Source of the DNA: Caulobacteraceae bacterium | GTDB lineage: Bacteria > Pseudomonadota > Alphaproteobacteria > Caulobacterales > Caulobacteraceae | Length of the DNA stretch: 64,000 nt | Direction of reading: 5' to 3' | NCBI GenBank assembly: GCA_947478785.1 | Contig: CANJXI010000006.1 | Location: 14,961 to 78,960 of the forward strand | Shown here: positions 1 through 9,906 of the stretch, piece by piece | How the letters are laid out: the number at the start of each line of letters is the position of its first letter | How positions within the stretch are numbered: the first letter of the stretch is position 1 | Translations under genes and position numbers: made by a program | Notes under the pieces: model-generated | Told to the model about the DNA's origin: nothing | Databases searched by the model: none | What the model saw: the letters and a program-made list of their open reading frames with translations, nothing else

Positions 1-896
1 GCCTGGATGGCCGGCTGGTCGGAAAGCTCGGTCCGCGCCCGCTCGGCGCTGCGGCCCAGGATGGTCAGCGCCGTGATCGTGCGTGGGTTCTCGGTCGCCG
101 GATTGGAGAGTTCGAAGGTGCCCACGAGATAGTCGGAGGCGGCCTTGGCGGCGGCGGCTTCCTTCTGGGCGATCTCGCGCTGCTGGTTGGCTTCGATCCG
201 CCGGGCGTTGGCGTAGAAGGCCAGGCCGCCGGTGAACACCATGCCGATCGTGGCCCCGGTGGTCAGCGCCATCAGCCGCTGCATCCGCCGCTGGGTCTCG
301 CGCTGGACGAGCTGGTCGACCTTCAGGCCGGTGAGGCCCGCCATCAGCTTCAGCTGCGCGAGGCGCTTGCCGTCGGCGTGCTGGCGGGCGTCCGCCGCGA
401 TCGGTTCGGCCGGGACATCCGACAGTTCCCCGTCGGCGCCCAGGCGGAACTTCAGGGCGCGGGGGAAGCATTCATCGGCCTCGCGGCCCGGCGTGTCGGC
501 GGCGTTCGGGGTGCCGCCGATGATCAGCGACAGCACGCGGCTGTCGCCGTGGACGCGTTTGAACTGCAGGATCTCCTGCTCGACCCAGCGCGACTTGGCC
601 GCGCCCGGCGAGCAGATGACCACCAGGAACATCGAGCCGCGGATCGCGGCGCTAAGCTCGGCGCCGAGGTCAGGGGAGGCCGGCAGCTCCTCGCGATCCC
701 GGAAGATCGGCGAAAGCCGCCTCGGCACGACCCCTATGGGCGTGGTCGTGCCGACCAGCTTAGCCGGAATCCGATAGGACTCCAGCGTGCGGTGCAGCCG
801 CATCGCGAAGTCCTTGTCGCGATGGCTGTAGCTGATGAAGGCGCGATAGGCGTAGGCGCTGCCCGGTCGGCCCGGCTGTTGCGGGTCGTCCGGCAT
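1..896 (-). CDS. TIR-domain transmembrane protein, 3' end beyond window edge
   Basis: Not in the ORF track; translated by hand from ATG 896 to the edge without a stop. MPDDPQQ..YRAFISYSHRDKDF..SRWVEQEI (TIR motifs), then one hydrophobic stretch LMALTTGATIGMVFTGGLAFYA, then AASDYLVGTFELSNPATENPRTITALTILGRSAERARTELSDQP. Confidence 0.9.
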   Translation of the reverse strand, partial: MPDDPQQPGRPGSAYAYRAFISYSHRDKDFAMRLHRTLESYRIPAKLVGTTTPIGVVPRRLSPIFRDREELPASPDLGAELSAAIRGSMFLVVICSPGAAKSRWVEQEILQFKRVHGDSRVLSLIIGGTPNAADTPGREADECFPRALKFRLGADGELSDVPAEPIAADARQHADGKRLAQLKLMAGLTGLKVDQLVQRETQRRMQRLMALTTGATIGMVFTGGLAFYANARRIEANQQREIAQKEAAAAKAASDYLVGTFELSNPATENPRTITALTILGRSAERARTELSDQPAIQ

Positions 897-902
897 CGTC
901 CG

Positions 903-2027
903 TCAGGCAGGGGCGAGGACGCGCCGACGCCGCAGAGCCGCACCGAGCAGGCCGAAGCCGAGGATCATCGAGATCCAGGTCGCCGGTTCGGGAACGTTCG
1001 AGGCCTCGAACGTCAGAATCCCGTTGGCGAACTGCGGCCGGTCGAACGTCTCGGGCGAGAAGTTCAGCCCGTTGATGACGCTGCCGTCTCCAGAGCCATG
1101 ATCGAACCGCGTGCCCCGGTTGAAGGCCGTCAGGCTGACCCCGCCGCCGCGGCCCACCGGGTCGCCGAAGCCGGAGAAACCGATCAGGCAGGTCGAGCCG
1201 GTGTCGCCCAGGCAGTCGGCGGTCACCTGGCTGTACACCGTCATGGAGTAGACGAGCTGCGTGATGCCGGAGGCGAGGGAGAGCTGAATCGATGTCTCAT
1301 CCCACTGGTAGATCAGTTCGGTCAGGCTGCCGAAAGGCGAATCCTCGCGGAAATTGACGAGGCTGCCGCGCGCGCCATATCCGGGCGAGAACGGCCCGTC
1401 GCCGTAGCTGCCCAACTGGTCGTCGACGAAGAAGCCGTCGGCGTTGTGGGCCAGGCTCAACGAGCCGGAGAGCTGGTAGAGCGAGGAACCTGGGTCAGCG
1501 TTGCCGTCGGAAATGCTGAAATTGAACCCGACGATGCCCAGGCTGGTGCCGGTGCTGGGCGCCAGGTCCTGCAGGCGGAAGGCCGAGCTGGTCTCGGTGC
1601 AGCCCGTATAGACGCAACCCGGGTTGGTGTCGGCGAGGTAGAAGCCGAGCGCTGCCGGCGTGATGGTCGAATGGAAGTCGACCGACTGGCCGGTGGTGTT
1701 GTTGAAGTCGATCGTCACATTGGTGTGGGAGACCGTGCTCACGTAGCCGCCGGAGCCGGTGTTGGCCGCCTCGAAGGTGATGGTCGGGGAGGAGGCCTCC
1801 ACGCCGGTGACGAAGGAATTGTAGGTCACGCCGCTGCCGCCGCCCGGCGCGGTCTGGGTGCCGGCGCCCGGGAGCACGGGCGGAGGGGGCGGGAGAAAGG
1901 TTCCCACGGTGGGCGGTGAGAACACAACCTGGGTCCCGGAATCGGCGGTGACATTGGTCACCTGCGCGTAGGCGGAAGCGCCTGAAAACAGGACCAGCGA
2001 GGCAACTGCAAAACCTAAGCGACGCAT
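903..2027 (-). CDS. PEP-CTERM (PEPxxWA-type) sorting-domain surface protein
   Basis: Signal peptide MRRLGFAVASLVLFSGASAYAQ from ATG 2027; C-terminus VPEPATWISMILGFGLLGAALRRRR. Confidence 0.92.
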   Translation of the reverse strand: MRRLGFAVASLVLFSGASAYAQVTNVTADSGTQVVFSPPTVGTFLPPPPPVLPGAGTQTAPGGGSGVTYNSFVTGVEASSPTITFEAANTGSGGYVSTVSHTNVTIDFNNTTGQSVDFHSTITPAALGFYLADTNPGCVYTGCTETSSAFRLQDLAPSTGTSLGIVGFNFSISDGNADPGSSLYQLSGSLSLAHNADGFFVDDQLGSYGDGPFSPGYGARGSLVNFREDSPFGSLTELIYQWDETSIQLSLASGITQLVYSMTVYSQVTADCLGDTGSTCLIGFSGFGDPVGRGGGVSLTAFNRGTRFDHGSGDGSVINGLNFSPETFDRPQFANGILTFEASNVPEPATWISMILGFGLLGAALRRRRVLAPA

Positions 2028-2255
2028 ACCCGAACCCTCTCTGACAGCCCGCAAGCCCGGCCGCAGGACTGCGTGACCGGACTTATGTAATTTTGACGCT
2101 AGCACATGGAACGGCGAGAGCGACCCTCCTCGTGTGTAGGTTGAATCAGGCGTTTGTGAACCTTTTTGGGAGCGCGTGGGGCGGACCCCCGGCCCAACTG
2201 CTCCGAATGATGCGCGTTCGAATGGACCAAGGGGAGATCTAACGAATTAATTTTC

Positions 2256-2855
2256 CTAGGATTTCGGGAATCCGCCTTCGAGAATCATGTCCGCCAGGGG
2301 ATTGCGGCCGCTGGGAATTTCCCGGGCGGCCAGCTTCTCGGGCAAGGTGTCGGCGGGGGCGGGCCGGCCTATGGCCAGCGCGGCCTCGACCCTGTGGTGG
2401 TCGGGGACATGCAGGTCGACGCGCGCCTTCTCCACGTCGAATCCCATCATGCCGTGGGCGGCCCAGCCGAGCTTGTGCGCCTGCAGCGCCAGGCTCATCC
2501 ACGCCGCCCCTGAATCGTAGGAATGGCTATGGGCGGGGACGGGGTCGCCGCCGGGAATCTCCAGGATCGTCTTGGAGACCGCCACCGCCAGCACAGAGGC
2601 GTTCTGGGCCCATAACTGGTTGCCGGGGATCAGCAGGTTGAACAGGGTCGGCCAGTGCGCCGTGTCGCGCCGGGCGTAGACAAACCGCCAGGGCTGGGCG
2701 TTGAAGCAGGAAGGCGCCCAACGCGCCGCCTCGAAGATGCTCATCAGGGTCTCGTCGGGGATCGCCTCTGCGCCGAAGGCCCTGGGCGACCAGCGATCCA
2801 GGAACTGTCGGTCGATGGCGTGGTCGGCGGTGCGACCGTTCCCGGTGAGCGCCAT
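2256..2855 (-). CDS. Nitroreductase family protein
   Basis: RWSPRAF, AARWAPSCFNAQPWRF motifs; start trimmed to ATG 2855. Confidence 0.92.
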   Translation of the reverse strand: MALTGNGRTADHAIDRQFLDRWSPRAFGAEAIPDETLMSIFEAARWAPSCFNAQPWRFVYARRDTAHWPTLFNLLIPGNQLWAQNASVLAVAVSKTILEIPGGDPVPAHSHSYDSGAAWMSLALQAHKLGWAAHGMMGFDVEKARVDLHVPDHHRVEAALAIGRPAPADTLPEKLAAREIPSGRNPLADMILEGGFPKS

Positions 2856-2941
2856 CAGCGCGCGGCCGGGTAGGCGACGAGGCCAAGGCTCTCGGGGTGA
2901 TGCATGGTGCGCTTCCGTGATCTGCGGGCGATATCGATAGC

Positions 2942-4663
2942 CTAGGTTCCCGGGGCGGCGAAGACCGAGATTTGCCGGCCCCGATAGAGTGGCCGCCACG
3001 CCGCCCCGACAATCGGATGGTCACCCTGCGCCAGCACGGTGGCGTAGGGAGCGGCCTGCCAGCCGAGGACATGTTCGCCCGGCGCCGCCAACAGCATGTG
3101 GGGATGCCCCGCGAACCGCAGGAAGACGATCCTGTCGATGTTGGGGTCGTCGGTGATGGCCAGGACGGGTCCCTGGCGCGCGGCCAGGATCGCCTGCGCC
3201 CGTGAAAGGTCGTGGGCGAGGTCGCGTCGGCCCGGGCCCGCCGCGTCGACCCAGAGCCGGTCGGCCGCCGTGGACAGAAGCGCGAGCGCCAGGACATAGG
3301 CCTGCCAGGCCCGCGCCATCGGCGCCCTGGCCAGCATCGCCAGCCCCACGGCGAAGGTGGCCGCGACCGCCAGCGCGCGATAGGGCAGGGGCGCGGCCAG
3401 GGCGAAGCGTCGCGGGTCAGACCGGAAGAAGGCCGTCAGCGCCGCCGAATCCCAGGGAAACAGCACCACGCCGGCCCGAAAGACCGCCAGCAGCCCCGCC
3501 AGGCCGGCCAGCACGACGGCGCAGGCCGCCACCGGCCGGCGCCAGCCCCGCGCCAGCCCCACGAACGGCGCGGCGGTCAGCCACAGCAACGGCGCGAAGA
3601 ACTCCACGTAGCGGCCCAGCAGCCGCCCCTGCTCGCTCTCATAGGCGCTGGCCCTGAAGGTGAACGCCGCGACCATGGCCAGTGTCGCCACGAGACTGAG
3701 CAGCACCAGCAGGAAGGCGCGTTCCGGTCCCTCGGTCGGCGGGCTGGCGCGCGCGCGCCAGCGGGAGAAACGAGCGCCAAGCCCGGCGAGGATCGGAACC
3801 CCGGCCAGCACCGCCATCAGGCTCGCCAGGCCCGCAAGCGTGGTCAGGGTCAGGCCGATGGCGTCTCGCGCCGGCCGCCCGGCGAGCAGGCCGGAATACA
3901 AGGGGGCCTCGAAGAACACCAGCGGTCCGGGCATCGGCTGGTGCGCAAGGGTCTGGATAAGCCAGCCGGCGCCGAAATAGGTGGGCAGCAGGACGCCCAG
4001 CCGAGCGGCGGCGAGGCCGATCCTCTGCTCGCCAAGCATCGCCTCGATGAGGGGAAGGGCGGCCAGGGCGGCCGCCATCGCGAGCCCCTGCGGCTTGATC
4101 AGCGTCAGCACCGCCGCGAGCACGCCAGCCAGCAACGCGTGGACGACCGGCCGGCGAGCGTAGAGCCGGTCCGTGGCGAAGACCACCAGCCCAAGCCCGC
4201 CCACGTACCAGCCCTCGGGCAGGGCGCTGAGCACGAAGCGCCAGTTGGGGAACAGTAGCGCCAGGAGCAGCACGCTCCAGGCCGCGCCGGCCGACAGGCC
4301 TCGACGCACGCAGGCCCAGGTCAGACCAATCCCGCCGAGATAGGCCGCGAGGCTGGCGGCGCGGATCCAGGGCAGGCCCGGTCCGGCGAGGCCGGCCACC
4401 GCCCGCAGGACCGCGAAATAGGCCGAGTTGGTCACCGAGCCTACGCCCGGATCCAGGGTCGGATCGGCCGCCAGCGCCGCGCCATGCAGGGCGCGGGCGA
4501 GGTAGGTTCCCTCGTCGAAGGCGTACAGGGGCAGGGGATCGACCAGCCGCCCGGCGTAGAACACCAGCACGGGCGCCGTGGCCAGGATCACGGCCGCGCT
4601 GAAGATCCATCCAAGGAGGGCGCGGCGCGGGCCGCCCGGTTGGGGCTGGTCGTTGGCGTTCAT
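2942..4663 (-). CDS. Polytopic membrane protein, possible GT-C (ArnT/PMT-like) glycosyltransferase
   Basis: Many hydrophobic helices; acidic FDEGTYL motif after the first TM; start ATG 4663. Confidence 0.6.
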   Translation of the reverse strand: MNANDQPQPGGPRRALLGWIFSAAVILATAPVLVFYAGRLVDPLPLYAFDEGTYLARALHGAALAADPTLDPGVGSVTNSAYFAVLRAVAGLAGPGLPWIRAASLAAYLGGIGLTWACVRRGLSAGAAWSVLLLALLFPNWRFVLSALPEGWYVGGLGLVVFATDRLYARRPVVHALLAGVLAAVLTLIKPQGLAMAAALAALPLIEAMLGEQRIGLAAARLGVLLPTYFGAGWLIQTLAHQPMPGPLVFFEAPLYSGLLAGRPARDAIGLTLTTLAGLASLMAVLAGVPILAGLGARFSRWRARASPPTEGPERAFLLVLLSLVATLAMVAAFTFRASAYESEQGRLLGRYVEFFAPLLWLTAAPFVGLARGWRRPVAACAVVLAGLAGLLAVFRAGVVLFPWDSAALTAFFRSDPRRFALAAPLPYRALAVAATFAVGLAMLARAPMARAWQAYVLALALLSTAADRLWVDAAGPGRRDLAHDLSRAQAILAARQGPVLAITDDPNIDRIVFLRFAGHPHMLLAAPGEHVLGWQAAPYATVLAQGDHPIVGAAWRPLYRGRQISVFAAPGT

Positions 4664-4694
4664 CCGCCAGCGTCGCCGCTGCATGAGGGTCGGG

Positions 4695-5255
4695 TCAACG
4701 GGAGATGCGGATGTCGCGGACCCAGCCGCCGGCCGCGCCATTGTCCGTCGCCATCACGTCGGCGGGGTCTTCGGCGTCCATCAGCTTCAGTAGACGCGCC
4801 CGCGCGCGGTTCACCCGGCTCTTGATGGTGCCGAGCGCGCAGCCGCAGATCTCGGCGGCCTCCTCGTAGGAAAGCCCGGCCGCGCCCACCAGGATCAGGG
4901 CTTCGCGGTGTTGGTCGGGCAGCTTGCGCAGCGCCGCCCGGAAGGCGCGCATCGCCACGCTCCAGTCCTGGGTCGCGGGCGTCGACAGCGCGCCAGCATA
5001 CTCACCGGCCTCGTCGCGCACCTCGCGGCGGCGGCGCAATATCTGACTGTAGTAGGTGTTCCGCAGGATCGTGAACATCCAGGCCCGCAGATTGGTGCCC
5101 GGCTCGAACCTGTCGCGGTGGCTCAACGCCTTGATCAAGGTGTCCTGGACCAGGTCGTCGGCGTCGGCGCCGTTGTGGCAGAGCGACCAGGCGAAAGCCC
5201 GCAACGCCGGGATCAGGCCGACGATATCGTCGCGCCAACTGGACGTCGCGGACAT
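4695..5255 (-). CDS. ECF sigma factor, EcfG/SigT/SigU general-stress type
   Basis: IPALRAFAWSL..ADDLVQDTLIKA..GTNLRAWMFTILRN (region 2) and LSYEEAAEICGCALGTIKSRVNRAR (region 4); ATG 5255 preceded by GAGG. Confidence 0.93.
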   Translation of the reverse strand: MSATSSWRDDIVGLIPALRAFAWSLCHNGADADDLVQDTLIKALSHRDRFEPGTNLRAWMFTILRNTYYSQILRRRREVRDEAGEYAGALSTPATQDWSVAMRAFRAALRKLPDQHREALILVGAAGLSYEEAAEICGCALGTIKSRVNRARARLLKLMDAEDPADVMATDNGAAGGWVRDIRISR

Positions 5256-5313
5256 CGCATCCTCAATCGTCCCTTGCCTGGGACAGTTGAAAGGCTCCTC
5301 CAGAGGCCGGGAA

Positions 5314-5338
5314 AACGTCGGCGCTTTCCTTCCGTTCC
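5314..5338 (-). promoter_or_regulatory. EcfG/SigT-type promoter for the ECF sigma gene
   Basis: Minus strand GGAAC (5338-5334) - 16 nt - CGTT (5317-5314), exact match to the established GGAAC-N16/17-CGTT motif. Confidence 0.8.
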
Positions 5339-5371
5339 GGCGCCTCGCCGCGGCAAAACATCGCGGAATGC

Positions 5372-5396
5372 GGAACTCCATGAGCCGCATGGCGTT
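5372..5396 (+). promoter_or_regulatory. EcfG/SigT-type promoter for egtB-egtD fusion
   Basis: Plus strand GGAAC (5372-5376) - 16 nt - CGTT (5393-5396). Confidence 0.72.
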
Positions 5397-5468
5397 GGCG
5401 CGGACGGTGCGAGTGCTTAGCTGTGCATTCGCGTCGGGGCCCGTGTCCAACGGGACCACGCCAAGGGG

Positions 5469-7690
<2,222 letters not shown>

Positions 7691-7694
<4 letters not shown>

Positions 7695-7903
7695 GTCTCG
7701 CGGCCGCGCGAACGGCCGCCGCCCCGGCTGGCTTCACCGCCCTTGCGCCCGGCCGCGGCGGCCAGGTCGCGGTCCTTGGCGAAGGAGCGTTTCTCGCTCG
7801 GAACGCTTGCGCCGCCCTTGCGGGCGATCTCGCGGCGACGCTCGGGATTCATGGCGGCGAATCCTCGACGGGCGCGGGGCTTGTCTGTCTCGACGCTCGG
7901 CAT
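7691..7903 (-). CDS. KGG-repeat general stress protein
   Basis: RRGFAAMNPERRREIARKGG..AAAAGRKGG; RBS GAGGAG. Confidence 0.9.
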
Positions 7904-7938
7904 TTTTTCTACTCCTCGAGTGGGCGTTTCGCGGGACT

Positions 7939-7964
7939 AACCAACGAGGCCCAGTCAAGGTTGC
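7939..7964 (-). promoter_or_regulatory. Imperfect EcfG-type promoter for KGG gene
   Basis: GCAAC (7964-7960) - 17 nt - GGTT (7942-7939); one mismatch in each element. Confidence 0.4.
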
Positions 7965-7981
7965 GTAGAAAAGGGTGCGAC

Positions 7982-9214
7982 CTATTCGCGCCTCAGCGCT
8001 TCGATCGGATCCAGGCGCGCCGCCCGCCAGGACGGATAGGCCCCGAACACCAGGCCCACGAGCATCGAAAATCCCAGGGCCAGTGGGCCAGCCCAGGCGG
8101 GCACCGCGGCCGGCCAGGATCCTAGTTTGGCGATGCCGATGGCGCCCAGAACGCCGATCGTCAGTCCGATCAGCCCGCCCACCAGCGAAAGCGCCACCGC
8201 CTCGACGGCGAACTGGATCAGGATGTCGGCCCGCCTTGCGCCCACCGCCATGCGCAGGCCGATCTCGCGGGTCCGTTCGGTCACCGCCACCAGCATGATG
8301 TTCATGATGCCGACCCCGCCGACCACCAGCGACACCCCCGCCACGGCCGCCAGCAGGACCGTGAAGGTGCCGATCGCCGCCTGACTGGCCTGGAGGATGG
8401 AGGCCATGTTCTGGGTCGCGAAATCGTCGTCGTCGCCGGCCTTGATCCGATGCTGGTCGCGGATCAGGTTGGTCACATCTTCCTGAACACGGTCCAGGCT
8501 GTCGGCGTCGGAGGCCTTCACATAGATGGTCTGCACCGCGTCGGCGCGGGTCCGCCGCCCGGTGATCCGCGAGCGCACGGCCCCGATCGGGCCCAGCACC
8601 ACATCGTCCTGGTCCTGGCCAAAGCCCGACTGGCCCTTGGACGCTAGCACGCCGATCACCTCGAAGGGCACGCTGCGCACCCGCACGCGCCGGCCGAGCG
8701 GGTCGACCTCGCCCCACAGCTCGCGGGCCACCGTGGCGCCGACCACCAGCACCTTGCGGCCCTGGCGGGCCTCGCGCTCGTCGAACATCCTGCCGGACGA
8801 GAGGGTCAGGTCGCGGGCGTCCAGATAGGCCGGGGTAACGCCTTCGATGCGGGTGTTCCAGTTGGCCCCCTCGGCGGCCAGCTGGGCCTGGCCGCGGACC
8901 ACCGGCGCCACGGCCACCACATCCTCCACCTGCTTGGCGATCGCCTCGGCGTCCGAATCCCGCAGGCTCAACCCCTGGCCGCCGCCGCCGCTGACGAAGC
9001 CGCCGCCGCGCTGGAAGTTCGGCGAGACGATGATCAGGTTCGAGCCCAGACCCGCGATGGTGTCCGTCACCCGCTTGGACGCGCCCAGGCCGATGGAGGT
9101 CATCATCACCACGGCGGCGACGCCGATCACCACCCCCAGCGAGGTCAGCACGCTGCGCATCGGGTGGGCGATGATCGCGCCCACCGCGAACCGGACCAGT
9201 TCCCACAGTCTCAT
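7982..9214 (-). CDS. ABC transporter permease, MacB/FtsX type
   Basis: RSVLTSLGVVIGVAAVV; GIMNIMLVAVTERTREIGLRMAVGA; AARLDPIEALRRE. Confidence 0.93.
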   Translation of the reverse strand: MRLWELVRFAVGAIIAHPMRSVLTSLGVVIGVAAVVMMTSIGLGASKRVTDTIAGLGSNLIIVSPNFQRGGGFVSGGGGQGLSLRDSDAEAIAKQVEDVVAVAPVVRGQAQLAAEGANWNTRIEGVTPAYLDARDLTLSSGRMFDEREARQGRKVLVVGATVARELWGEVDPLGRRVRVRSVPFEVIGVLASKGQSGFGQDQDDVVLGPIGAVRSRITGRRTRADAVQTIYVKASDADSLDRVQEDVTNLIRDQHRIKAGDDDDFATQNMASILQASQAAIGTFTVLLAAVAGVSLVVGGVGIMNIMLVAVTERTREIGLRMAVGARRADILIQFAVEAVALSLVGGLIGLTIGVLGAIGIAKLGSWPAAVPAWAGPLALGFSMLVGLVFGAYPSWRAARLDPIEALRRE

Positions 9215-9897
9215 GCCGCCGCTCCGCCGTGGTCGTCCGAGACGATCAGCCCGTCGAGGAACGAGACGCGCCGGTGCGCCTGGCCGGCGACGCCCTGGTC
9301 GTGGGTCACCAGCACCAGGGTGAGCCCCTCGGCGTTCAGCTCGCGGAACAGCGCCAGCACCTCCTGGCCGGTGTGTGTGTCGAGCGCGCCGGTGGGTTCG
9401 TCGGCCAGCAGCAGGTCGGGCCTGTTGGCCAGCGAGCGGGCGATCGCCACCCGCTGTTGCTGGCCGCCGGAGAGCTGGGTCGGCCGGTGGCCCTTGCGGG
9501 GTCCAAGCCCCACGCGCTCCAGGAGGGCCGCGGCCCGATCCCGCCGTTCAGGCCGGGGCACGCCCGCGTAGATCATCGGCAGCTCCACGTTCTGCAGCGC
9601 CGTCAGCCGGGGGAGCAGCTGGAAGGACTGGAAGACGAAGCCGATCCGACGGCGGCGGAAGTCGGCCAGCTGGTCGTCGTCGAAGTGGCCGACATCCTCC
9701 CCGTCGAAGCGGTAGGTCCCGCCGGTCGGCCGGTCCAGCCCGCCCAGGATGTTCATCAGCGACGACTTGCCCGAGCCCGAGGGCCCGATCACCGCCACAT
9801 GCTCGCCCCGCGCGATGCGCAGCGAAACCCCGGCCAGGGCCGCGACCTCCTCCTCGCCCATGATGTAGACCTTTCTCAGGTCCTCGAATTCGATCAT
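9211..9897 (-). CDS. ABC transporter ATP-binding protein (MacB/LolD-like)
   Basis: Walker A GPSGSGKS, signature LSGGQQQR, Walker B LLLADEPTG. Confidence 0.95.
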   Translation of the reverse strand: MIEFEDLRKVYIMGEEEVAALAGVSLRIARGEHVAVIGPSGSGKSSLMNILGGLDRPTGGTYRFDGEDVGHFDDDQLADFRRRRIGFVFQSFQLLPRLTALQNVELPMIYAGVPRPERRDRAAALLERVGLGPRKGHRPTQLSGGQQQRVAIARSLANRPDLLLADEPTGALDTHTGQEVLALFRELNAEGLTLVLVTHDQGVAGQAHRRVSFLDGLIVSDDHGGAAA

Positions 9898-9906
9898 GGC
9901 GGGCGC

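Noticed and set aside
232-1919. Plus-strand ORFs 232-777 and 378-1919
   Set aside because: Shadows of the minus-strand TIR and PEP-CTERM genes.
2048-2070. Possible sigma-54 promoter for the PEP-CTERM gene
   Set aside because: TTGC is present, but the -24 position reads TGCGGC rather than TGGCAC and the GG-GC spacing is wrong.
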